Assembly: GCA_964291285.2 (NCBI GenBank)
Contig: OZ219788.1
Location: forward strand, 640,001-704,000
Length of the DNA: 64,000 bases
Direction of reading: 5' to 3'
From: Alphaproteobacteria bacterium
GTDB lineage: Bacteria > Pseudomonadota > Alphaproteobacteria > Bin95
The notes under the pieces were generated by a model. That model was not told where the DNA came from. It made no database searches and worked only from the letters and a program-made list of their open reading frames with translations. The position numbers and the translations under genes were made by a program. Below, piece by piece: positions 9,015 to 17,942 of the stretch (position 1 is the first letter of the stretch; every line of letters starts with the position of its first letter).

Positions 9015-9411
9015 TCGTTCTCAGCAGCCCCAGTCTACCCCCTCGCGCAGCCCGGCGACCCCCGCCGACAGCGCCAGGACACCCTCCCCTCGGCAGGCGA
9101 AAATATCAACGCGACGGGGGCCGGCGACTCCAGTCGGGCTACGCCCTCCTTCCGTCCCAGGCCCCCGTCACAAACACCGCCGCACCACAATCACTGCGAT
9201 CATCACGCCCCGCAAAAACGCGCAACGCCAGCAAATAAGCGCCTTTTACGACCGTCACCTACACAGGGCGATCTTCCGCACCACTCGCCGACTTTCCGCA
9301 CCACTCCGCCCAGGAGCTTCTACGCCCGGGTGCTTCTGCTGCGCGCGCGTGCCCCGACAGGACATCACAACGGGGATCGGCCCCGAACGTGAAAACCGAA
9401 AGGAAAACGAC

Positions 9412-10338
9412 ATGACCTTCCATACCGACGCCACCGAAACCGCAGCGCAGTCCGCAACCGCGATCGTCTGCGACAACGCCGCTCTCTTCGGCGCAACCCC
9501 CGAGCGCGACGAGTTCGACACCCGCGAGATCTGGGACCAGGACGAGGCCATCACCGCCGTCGCCGAAGCCTTCCGCATCCTCAGCCGGGGCGTCGCGCCC
9601 GATGGCTACCAGATGGCAGACGAACGCGAACACCTCCTCTGGGGCTTCGTCAACATGCTCCACGCCCAGACGCAGCGCCTCGACCGCAGCGTCGACAGGC
9701 TCACCCCCGAACTCCAGGACCTCCAGCGCACCCAGGACGGCTCCGAGATCAGGTCACTGGAACTGGAACTCACGACCGACCGCGCACAGTGCCTCACCGC
9801 ACGCCGCGACGCCTTCGAGACTCTCCGCGACGAGGCCGTCGAAGCCTACCGCGCAGACACCGGCGATACTTGGCGGCCCCGGCGCGGCAGCCACGCCAGC
9901 CAAACCGGACATCTGACCTCCGCTGCCATCGACGCCCGCGACTTCGTCCGCGCCCGAAAGGACCGCAAGACACAGGCCCACCTGCCCCAGGGAACCCTCG
10001 TCGCCATCGCAGGCGGCAAGGACATCGCAAACCCGGCGGCCGTCATCGAGCGCCTCGACAAGGTCCGCGCCAGGTATGCCGACCTCGTCCTCGTCCATGG
10101 CGGCGGCCTCGGCGTCAAGAAGATCGCCGCCAGCTGGGCCGAGCGCAACGGCGTCCACCAGGTCGTCTGCAAGCCCGACTGGGACCGCCACGGTCGCGCC
10201 GCCCCCTTCCGCCGCAACGACGAACTGCTCAACCTCCTGCCCAGGGGCGTCATCGCCTTCCCCGGCTCCGGCATCACCGAAAACCTCGTCGACAAGGCGA
10301 AGCAGCTCGGCATCCCGGTCATGCGCTGCCCCGCCTGA
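9412..10338 (+). CDS. DUF2493 (SLOG/YspA-like) domain protein typical of plasmid/ICE backbones
   Basis: C-terminus VAIAGGKD...LVHGG...AASWAERNGVHQV...PDWDRHGRAAPFRRNDELL...IAFPGSGITENLVDKAKQLGIPV. AAGGAAA SD before ATG 9412. Confidence 0.8.
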   Translation: MTFHTDATETAAQSATAIVCDNAALFGATPERDEFDTREIWDQDEAITAVAEAFRILSRGVAPDGYQMADEREHLLWGFVNMLHAQTQRLDRSVDRLTPELQDLQRTQDGSEIRSLELELTTDRAQCLTARRDAFETLRDEAVEAYRADTGDTWRPRRGSHASQTGHLTSAAIDARDFVRARKDRKTQAHLPQGTLVAIAGGKDIANPAAVIERLDKVRARYADLVLVHGGGLGVKKIAASWAERNGVHQVVCKPDWDRHGRAAPFRRNDELLNLLPRGVIAFPGSGITENLVDKAKQLGIPVMRCPA

Positions 10339-11405
10339 CACGCAGCACCCACGGGCCGCGTCGTCTCCGCTCCGGCGGCGGCGCGGTCCGTCTCCGTATG
10401 CGCACACCCGTCGCGCTGCGCCGCCGACACCTCGCGCGCGCTTCGCGCCGCGTTCGTGCGGCGCCTGCCCCGGACTGCGGTCCGGGGCTGCCGCGTCACG
10501 CGCCGCTGCACCATGCTCCGCATGGGTGCATCGCGGGCTGCGCCGGGCCCGGCGCAGGGCCGCCGGCACTGCTGACCCGCCCACTGCCGGCGCTGCTGCC
10601 GGACCGGCACGACACCGTGCTTCGCACCGCTGCCCGCAGTCGTGCAGGCGCCGCCGTCGGCGCTTCCGATCGCAACGGCTATCGCAACCGTCACCGCACC
10701 CGCGCGGCTGACGCCGCGGTAACGGGTGCGCCATCACCGTCTGCGTCTGCGGTAATGTGTGAGCAGCACGCGATCACCCTGAACAGCCCCGCTTTCGTCC
10801 AGCACGCCTGTATCGCGGTAACATGTGCGCGGCGTCCTTCGGCTCCGCGGAACATGTGCGGCGGCGCCCGTGCCGCCGAGGTAACGCCGCCGGCTCCGGT
10901 GCGCCATGTGTGAAGACTGCCCTCCGCCGTTTGCACTCCGCGCCGCGTTCTGTTACCTCTGCGACCGAACGACAACGCGGAACGCGCCCGAAGATCGCGG
11001 ACCGGTCGTCTCGCTCAATCGCCGCGACGGCTCCCGTCCCTTGTGACGCCGGCGTTTCAGGCGATGGTGGTGTGCAGGGCAACCTCGCCCGATCTCGACT
11101 CCGTTCGGAGTTTTACCGTCACACCCGACGCATCCTTGATGCAGGCGTTGCCATGGCTGCCCGTGTCCGCTGCTGGCTGCCCATGCCGCGGGCGGGCGCA
11201 GGACTGTCCGCTCCTGTCACGCCGGGAAAGGTCGCACCGGATTGGTAGCTCCCGTGTTTGCCGCAAACACATGCGCGATATCAGGAGGTTGGGCGCCGCC
11301 TCGCCGGACTCCACCGGACATGGAGGCCCCTTCCGCCCCCGCTGGATATGGACTTGCTCCTGCGAAACTACCAGTCTGGTATCGCCCTCGCATACGCTGC
11401 ACCAT

Positions 11406-11430
11406 GACAGCTACCGGTCCGGTAGCTGTC
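11406..11430. promoter_or_regulatory. Perfect palindrome, candidate operator upstream of RHH gene
   Basis: GACAGCTACCGG-T-CCGGTAGCTGTC. Related sites at 11368-11382 and 11234-11249. Confidence 0.5.
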
Positions 11431-11557
11431 CGAAGGCCGCGTTCGCCCGCGAGTTCGGTCCGCCACGCCGGACGACCGGGGCGGCGCGGCTCCGGGGATC
11501 TGAAAGAACCGGAACCGGAACTCTCCCGAATCCATACGCAAGAACGGGCAAAACCGC

Positions 11558-11908
11558 ATGGCATCGTCACTCCAGAAGAACATCCGGGTCACCGCAGACC
11601 AATGGAAGCGTATCGAAACGGCGGCAAGGGAGCGGCAGGTTTCGCCCAATCGGCTCGTCGTCGAGCTCGCCATCGAAGCCCTCGACCGGCGCGAATGGCC
11701 CGATACCGAGGCCGAAATCAAGGTGGCCAGGGCCTCGCTGTTCGCCGCCCAGGCCATCGCCCGGGACCTCATCGCCGACGGGCGCCAAGCCGAAGTCGAG
11801 GAAATCCGGGAGTTCATCTCGACGATCGTGCCGGACCCCGATGCGGAGCGCCCTGCCGATGGCGTTCTCACAGCTCCGTCCACGCTTGCGGACCATGACA
11901 CCGGGTGA
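11558..11908 (+). CDS. Ribbon-helix-helix-like DNA-binding protein
   Basis: KNIRVTADQWKRIETAARERQVSPNRLVVELAIEAL: beta-strand plus two helices, CopG/MobC-like pattern. Confidence 0.6.
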   Translation: MASSLQKNIRVTADQWKRIETAARERQVSPNRLVVELAIEALDRREWPDTEAEIKVARASLFAAQAIARDLIADGRQAEVEEIREFISTIVPDPDAERPADGVLTAPSTLADHDTG

Positions 11909-12087
11909 GTCTCCGCGCCGCGGCGCTGCCCGATCGCGCCACCTTATCGCCCGGGTCTGGACCGCAGCGTCCCCGTTCCGGCCACTTCGTTCGTGGTCTC
12001 CAGCGTCGGCAACATCCCGATTGCCGCCCGGAACGACCCGGGTGCACGCCGCCACGCGCCGGCTCCTGCGAATGCGGTCAGCCGGAA

Positions 12088-12150
12088 CTGCCAAATCGTG
12101 GGTTCGAGCTCCTGAAGCTCAATGCGTACCCGCGCGATTCGTTCGCTCAC
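12088..12150 (-). pseudogene. Remnant of pRiA4b ORF-3-like gene (N-terminus only)
   Basis: VSERIARVRIELQELEPTIW resembles the family N-terminus; similarity stops immediately after. Confidence 0.45.
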
Positions 12151-12278
12151 CACCCGGCTCCGTCGGCCTGCCCTCGGTCCTTGGGGGGCATAGGACCGCC
12201 GCCGCGCAACGTCAACTGGCACCGAAAATCTCGCATCCATCGTCGCAGACTTTCATGAAATGTCGGGACTTATGAGGG

Positions 12279-13010
12279 CTAATAGCGCTTGCAAATTTCA
12301 TCAAGTTGGGACTGGATGACGAGCTCCTGACCCCACTCTGGACTGATCAGACGTGCGATTTTCAGGGCACAGATCCCAACTTGGACAGTTTCCTTCAGGT
12401 GTACGTCCAGCTTTGGCCCAACACCGTGAAGATGAACATAGGTTACTTCGTACTGATTCCCTTTACTTGAGGAATGCTCTATCGCGGAGCTCAGAAATAC
12501 GCCCCGTTCATTTGGGTGAGCACCATAGTCTATCGTCATATCGTATAGCCTTTTATAGATATTGCCCAAGGTAGCATCTGCTGCGGCGAGAGTATCAGAG
12601 ACCTTGCGGTGGGTGAACTCGGCGCGCACGGCCTTGCGCGTATCAGTATCGTCATGGCGGTTCAACCATCGCTTATATCGCTCGTGGTTGCCGTTGACGA
12701 AATAGCCGTAAGCCGCCAGCTCGAGACAGACTCGCAGCAAGCTTTGCGACTCGAACAATTGACCTGCCAGAACCGCGCCTGTAGCAGACAAATGGGCGCT
12801 GTGCGCTCGGGACAGAAACGACATCGGTAGTAATGCTTCTTCGTTGGAGATATGGCCTGGCAGACTCCGGAACATATTGTCGATAGCGATAAGGTCTTCA
12901 AATTGCGAACGCTTGTTTGCAAATGTCGCAAATTGGTTGGTCCGGCAATCGTCGAGATATTGCGACACGGGGTCCTGTCCCCATCCGGGCGGTGAATGCT
13001 GAGTGATCAT
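12279..13010 (-). CDS. Helical hypothetical protein, DUF5677/HEPN-like
   Basis: SLLRVCLELAAY and YKRLYDMTIDYGAHPN motifs. AT-richer codon usage. Start uncertain. Confidence 0.5.
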   Translation of the reverse strand: MITQHSPPGWGQDPVSQYLDDCRTNQFATFANKRSQFEDLIAIDNMFRSLPGHISNEEALLPMSFLSRAHSAHLSATGAVLAGQLFESQSLLRVCLELAAYGYFVNGNHERYKRWLNRHDDTDTRKAVRAEFTHRKVSDTLAAADATLGNIYKRLYDMTIDYGAHPNERGVFLSSAIEHSSSKGNQYEVTYVHLHGVGPKLDVHLKETVQVGICALKIARLISPEWGQELVIQSQLDEICKRY

Positions 13011-13193
13011 GATAAGTATTGTACACGCAATTCGTAGCTGCAACAGAGATTACGGAGAGCAGGGCTCGATCGCGGCTCGTGGCTGCCGGTATCGAAGAAC
13101 GCCGCGTCCTGAATGCCGACCGTCTCCACGGCGAGTGCACTCCCGCCGGATAGCGGAATCCCGGCTTTGCTGCGCGCAGGCATTGCGTTCGGT

Positions 13194-16100
13194 TCACCCG
13201 TTCGGCTTTTCGGCCCCGCTCAAGCGCAGGCCGGGGTTGGCGCTTTTCAGGATATCGTTGATGGATGCCGCCGTTTCGGCGTGCAGTTCGCCACCGTCCC
13301 CCAGCGTCATGCGAAGATGGAACCGCAAGGGGACGCCAGCGGCGGCAGTGATGACTTCCGGCAGCGCTTCGACCAGATCCTGCAACTCGTTGGGCGCAAG
13401 ATCGGCAGAGCCGATGTGCAGGCCCTTGCGAACCGACGCGGGTTCGCTGCCGCCGTCCTCGAAGCCGGCGGGTTCGGGTTCCTGCAGCATGACGGTTGCC
13501 GCACCTGCGGCCGGGCACGGCCAGGCGCCGCTTTCGGGCGCCAGGGCGAGCCACCGTCCGTCGAGCGCGTCGTTGATCGCCCGGCGCAGGATCGCCCAGG
13601 GCAGCGGTGCGCCGGCCTGCACCGAGAGCGCAGCGGAAAGGGCCAGGGCGCTGGCCTGTCCGTCTTTCCATGCCTCCGGCACCGAATCCTTCGTCAACCG
13701 GTTCACTGATAGCGGCGGCAAAGGCGCGCGCAGTTCGGCGGTGTCCGACAGGATGCCGGGCGGCAGCGTTTCGTCCTGGAAGCTTGCGGGGCCGTTCACG
13801 AGCCACAGCACACCCTGGCGGACGGCTTCCGCGACGGCTGCTTCGACGGCGGCGCGGGGACAGGCCGGAATACCGACCGGTTCCGCATAGCCCTCCCGCT
13901 GCACAGTTACCATCCGCCCGCCGGCGAAGTAGGCGGCGAGGTCCGCCACCGCGACGGAGGCGCCAGTCCACAGTTCCGGCAGCACATCCGGTGCCAGCGC
14001 CTGCGGGTCGAGTTCCGACAGCGTGGCCCTGTCGGGCAGGAACAGCTCCAATGCCGGATCCGACCGGGCCTGCTCGTCGACCGGCGTCCGCCACCAGGTT
14101 CTGACCGATCCGTCGGGCCTGACCAGCGACGCAACGAAGACGCCGTCGCGCACACCCCGGTCGATCGTGCCGAGGATATCCCTTCGCCGGAGCATCTTCG
14201 GCAGTTTCGGATTCTCCGCGAAGGCGCCGGCAATATCCTTCACGCGGCGCGATACCTCGTCGGCGCGCCAGAGATCGTAGGGGCCGCCGGGCAGCATCGC
14301 TTCGGCGCTGATCGCGGTCTCCTGGATGCGCGCACGCCGGTCCGCCTTGACGACCGCAAACAGCGGTTCCGCGCCGATGGTTGTCTTGAACGCCTGGATG
14401 TCGTTGTGCTCGTTGACGGCGACGACCATGGCCCAGGCTTGGCGGATCGCATCGGGGATGCGCTTGCGCGCTTTCTCCGTCGAGGCGGCGAGCATCCCTT
14501 CACGTACCGGATCGCCGCCCTGGCCGTCGAGCTGGCGGCGCACCTCCTCCCAGCCGAGATATTCGCGGATGCTTGCCCGGGCGGCGTCCAGGCCGTCGCG
14601 CGAAGGTACCGCCAGAACCACGGCGTTGCGTCGGATTCGCGGCCGGTCCGGCCCCGTCGTCTCGTCGATGAAGCGCCGCGCTTGCGCGCTCGGCCGGCCC
14701 GAATCGGAAACCGCGTCCGGCCCCAGGACGGCGAAATGGAACTCTCCGTCGTCGCCGATGTCGCGCGGCCGCTCCGGCAGCATGTGCACCCTTGCGCCTG
14801 CCGCCGCCGCACCCTGGGTGAGGCTCTTCGCCCGCCGCACCTCCTCCAGCAGCGCCTGTTCCACCTGCTCCGCCGCGACCCGGTTGGCGCAGGCGTCGTC
14901 ATGCATCTGCCTGAGGTTGGGCCTGTTGCCGAGACGCCACGCCCGGGGCAGCGTCGCGGCGTCGGCGAACTCCGCCTCGTCGAGGAACCAGGAGAGTTCG
15001 GTCCAGCGGCGCAGGCCCTTCTCGACATCGATCCGGTCCGGGCCTGCCGCGCCGACAAGAGCCATCAACTCCGGCGTATGCGCCTTCTGGCCGATAGGCT
15101 GCGAACTCAGGAACACGGCGCACACCGCCTGCTCCATTTCGCGGAACTTCAGCGCCGGGTGGTCGTCCTGCACGGCCCGCGCCTTCGCAAGCTCGCCCTC
15201 CAGCACAGCGCTCCACACATTGCCGGCGCCCTCCGTGACCTCGCGCGTGGCGGTGCCGGCAAGCTCGCGCGCCGCCTCGGAGAGAGCGTTTTCGCCGGGT
15301 GCGGGCAAAAGGACATTGGGGCCGACCAGCGGCGCCCTGTCCCACTTCTCGGCGTCGCGCAGCGCGATGGCGAAGGTCCTCAGGATGCCGCGCGTACGCT
15401 GGAACCCGTCCAGCTGGGTCCACTTGGCATAGAAAATATCGGTCAGCCCTGGATGGAAGGGGTAGCTGTCGAGGAAACGCTGTTCCTCGCCCGCCCTGTT
15501 CTTGCCGACCGTTTCGTCGACCCCGGCGATATTGGCGACCGCCGCCGTGACATGGGGGCGGAAGGCGTCGGGATCGGCGATCGAACCGGACTCGAAGAAG
15601 CGCCGGCGCAGCACTTCGGCCACATCCTCCTTCTGCACCGGCTGGATCCCCTCTTCGCGCTGCCGGTTGAAAATGTCGAAAATCTGCCGGGTCAGCTGCT
15701 TGCCGAGCGCGTCGCTCTTCGCGGGATCGGAGGCGAGCAGCGAGGCGACGAGGGCGCAGCGGTCCACCCTGACCGCCGCCTGGCACAGATACTGGAAGAA
15801 GTCGGTCAGCCGCGCATGCCAGCCCTCCTCCATCGCCGCCTTCTCGCGGGCATACATCAGCACTTCGTCGATCAGCACCAGGGTGGCGAGCCCGCTTGCC
15901 TGCGGCCGCGACAGCAGCTCGGCGAGCAGCGGCTCGGCAGGCGCCGTTTCCCGCTCCTCGTTCGCGCCGTCGGGATGAAGCGCGCGCAGGCCCTCCTCGC
16001 CCGCCAGCTGAAACGCCAGCACGCTCCAGGGATGCTTGAGCCAGCGCAGCCCGCTGCCGGGGCCGCGCACCTCCATGCCTTTTTCCACATCGAGCTTGTC

Positions 16101-16511
16101 GAAGCAGAGCGCCGCGACACGCGCCGCCGGCAGGGGTGCACCGACATGGGAGCGGAACTGCTCGACTGCCGGGAGCGTCGGCAACGACTGCGGATCGTGC
16201 GCCAAATGGTAGAGCGTCACCAGCGTATGGGTCTTGCCTCCGCCATAGGTAAGTTCGAGCTGGCGGATCGCTTTGGTGTTCCTGCCGGCGAGGCGCAGCG
16301 CCACGTCGCGCGCGAGTTCCCGCAACGGGAAGGTCGGATAGGTCAGCGCAAAGAACCGGCCCGGATCCTCATAGACCGGCCGCGCGCCCTTCTGCATCGC
16401 TACATCGTGAAGGTCGGCGGCAAAGTCGGCCAGCGAGAGCGCGCCCGTGCGCACATCCTCGCGCAGCGTCACGACCTCATGCCAGGGCGTCCGGGGTGGT
16501 CTTTGCGCCAT
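13194..16511 (-). CDS. DUF499 family AAA+ ATPase (system 1)
   Basis: PWHEVV.LREDV...FAADL...FFALTYPT, TYGGGKTHTL Walker A, LVLIDE Walker B, SYPFHP, FQRTRGILR. Confidence 0.9.
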   Translation of the reverse strand: MAQRPPRTPWHEVVTLREDVRTGALSLADFAADLHDVAMQKGARPVYEDPGRFFALTYPTFPLRELARDVALRLAGRNTKAIRQLELTYGGGKTHTLVTLYHLAHDPQSLPTLPAVEQFRSHVGAPLPAARVAALCFDKLDVEKGMEVRGPGSGLRWLKHPWSVLAFQLAGEEGLRALHPDGANEERETAPAEPLLAELLSRPQASGLATLVLIDEVLMYAREKAAMEEGWHARLTDFFQYLCQAAVRVDRCALVASLLASDPAKSDALGKQLTRQIFDIFNRQREEGIQPVQKEDVAEVLRRRFFESGSIADPDAFRPHVTAAVANIAGVDETVGKNRAGEEQRFLDSYPFHPGLTDIFYAKWTQLDGFQRTRGILRTFAIALRDAEKWDRAPLVGPNVLLPAPGENALSEAARELAGTATREVTEGAGNVWSAVLEGELAKARAVQDDHPALKFREMEQAVCAVFLSSQPIGQKAHTPELMALVGAAGPDRIDVEKGLRRWTELSWFLDEAEFADAATLPRAWRLGNRPNLRQMHDDACANRVAAEQVEQALLEEVRRAKSLTQGAAAAGARVHMLPERPRDIGDDGEFHFAVLGPDAVSDSGRPSAQARRFIDETTGPDRPRIRRNAVVLAVPSRDGLDAARASIREYLGWEEVRRQLDGQGGDPVREGMLAASTEKARKRIPDAIRQAWAMVVAVNEHNDIQAFKTTIGAEPLFAVVKADRRARIQETAISAEAMLPGGPYDLWRADEVSRRVKDIAGAFAENPKLPKMLRRRDILGTIDRGVRDGVFVASLVRPDGSVRTWWRTPVDEQARSDPALELFLPDRATLSELDPQALAPDVLPELWTGASVAVADLAAYFAGGRMVTVQREGYAEPVGIPACPRAAVEAAVAEAVRQGVLWLVNGPASFQDETLPPGILSDTAELRAPLPPLSVNRLTKDSVPEAWKDGQASALALSAALSVQAGAPLPWAILRRAINDALDGRWLALAPESGAWPCPAAGAATVMLQEPEPAGFEDGGSEPASVRKGLHIGSADLAPNELQDLVEALPEVITAAAGVPLRFHLRMTLGDGGELHAETAASINDILKSANPGLRLSGAEKPNG

Positions 16512-16731
16512 GTCGTCCTCGCTCGATGGGTTCAGGCGGCGTCGAGGCGCCGGGCGAGCGCGTCGGAGCCGTTGCGGCGCGCCCGGCGGGCCGTCAGATC
16601 GTTGTGCACGGATCGCGCAATTCCGAGGGCTTCCCGGCCGATGCAGGCTCGGCTTGCGGGGACTGCGCCTGCTCCAGCCGAATGGAATCCGCGATCGCCG
16701 CCTCCAGGCATCAATGAAATCGTGGTGCCCA

Positions 16732-17940
16732 TTATCGGGCGAAGAGGCGTACGACGAACCGCTCGCCGTCCTCGACGAGATCGGGTTCCGTTCCGTTGTG
16801 CTGCTTCATGCCGCGAACGATCTTTCTCGGCACTCCCATCCCCATATGCTCAAGATAGCCATAGTCCCGCATCACGTCCTTCAACAGCTGGTTTCGGGCG
16901 GCTCTGGTCCCGGCGCGCATGCGTTCGGTCGTTATGCCGTTGGGAAGCCTCCCGGGCGAGACGATCTCCAGCCGGTTTCGATATATTGCCAGTTCGATAT
17001 CCGTATTCGCCAGGAGATAGTCCCGGTGGATCAGGGCGTTCACGACAGCTTCGCGCACCGCTTCATCCGGATAGGCCGGGCGCTGCGCGCGGCGCGCGCC
17101 GTCCTTGAGGCCGCCGCCCACCGGCGTGTTGCGCCCGACGAACGCCAGCGCCTGCTCGACGAGGCCGGCTTCCAGAAGATTGCCCTTGCCGTCCATGAGG
17201 GGGGTCATCGGGCCGCGCAGCGTTTTCCGCTCAAGTGCCGCGTAGTCCTTTTCCAATCCGGGAAACGCCGCTGCATCGATGCCCGCCTGCGGCAGGAAGC
17301 GATTAGGCGCGGTCCCGAAGAGCAGCAGGCCTGAAAGGCTCGCGCTGCCCTCGACCATGATCTCCGTGTTGACCAGCAAGGTCCGCCAACCCGTTTCGTC
17401 GTCGTCAGCGGGGACATCCTGTTGACGGATCGACCTGAAATACTCTTCGAGCCGACGACGGTCCAGATCGCCGACAGCCGCCCCGTGCACCGGCCGCAGG
17501 TCGACGCGGAAGGCGCCTCGCTGCTGGAAGAGCCGGCTCAATTCCTGGGGCGTCGGCTCCCGGCTCTGCGTACCGACCCGGATGAAATAGGCGTTTCTGT
17601 TGTTGTGCCACTGGCTGTGCACATCGACACCGCGTGGCGCCCGCACGATCGCCACGTCAGCGCCGGGGCGCACCTCCCTGACTGTCTCGAAGAACGGGAT
17701 AATGCCCGGCCTGATCTTGTCCCGGCACGCAGTCATCACCCATTCCTCCAGACGGTCCCGCGTCAGCCCGACGACGGACCCGTCATCGTCCACACCGAGC
17801 AGGACCATGCCGCCTTCGAGGTTGGAGAATGCGACCAGTTCCCTGGCGAGATCGTGGTTTCGTACATCGTCGCGCTTGAACTCGACGCCGGAATTCTCGC
17901 CGTTCGCAATGATCTCCAGAAGCTCTGTCCGTGTCGTCAT
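16732..17940 (-). CDS. Schlafen/AlbA_2 domain + HATPase_c_4 protein
   Basis: GENSGVEFKRD...LVAFSNLEGGMVLLGVDDDG; REAVVNALIHRDY...RLEIVSPGRLP...RNQLL...GMGVP. Confidence 0.9.
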   Translation of the reverse strand: MTTRTELLEIIANGENSGVEFKRDDVRNHDLARELVAFSNLEGGMVLLGVDDDGSVVGLTRDRLEEWVMTACRDKIRPGIIPFFETVREVRPGADVAIVRAPRGVDVHSQWHNNRNAYFIRVGTQSREPTPQELSRLFQQRGAFRVDLRPVHGAAVGDLDRRRLEEYFRSIRQQDVPADDDETGWRTLLVNTEIMVEGSASLSGLLLFGTAPNRFLPQAGIDAAAFPGLEKDYAALERKTLRGPMTPLMDGKGNLLEAGLVEQALAFVGRNTPVGGGLKDGARRAQRPAYPDEAVREAVVNALIHRDYLLANTDIELAIYRNRLEIVSPGRLPNGITTERMRAGTRAARNQLLKDVMRDYGYLEHMGMGVPRKIVRGMKQHNGTEPDLVEDGERFVVRLFAR

Positions 17941-17942
17941 GC

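Larger units (their letters stand above)
5215..9263 (-). mobile_element. IS21-family element with two accessory genes
   Basis: Ends TGTTAGCGACGGTTACAGAGCGCGCCTATTCGCTGACATT (5215) and, as reverse complement ending at 9263, TGTAGGTGACGGTCGTAAAAGGCGCTTATTTGCTGGCGTT (27/40 identical). Encloses a Zn-finger ORF, istA, istB and a Toprim-like ORF. No target duplication visible. Confidence 0.8.

Noticed and set aside
9264-9274. CAGGGCGATC as another ISAs1 end
   Set aside because: Only 8 bp match; expected by chance at this GC content.
10340-11550. Long ORFs such as 9789-10913 and 11043-12275
   Set aside because: Arg/Pro/Ala-rich shadow frames with no SD or recognisable motifs.
16532-16732. 66-aa ORF coupled by TAATG to the Schlafen gene
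   Set aside because: No recognisable domain; may be a gene scar, but I cannot support a call.
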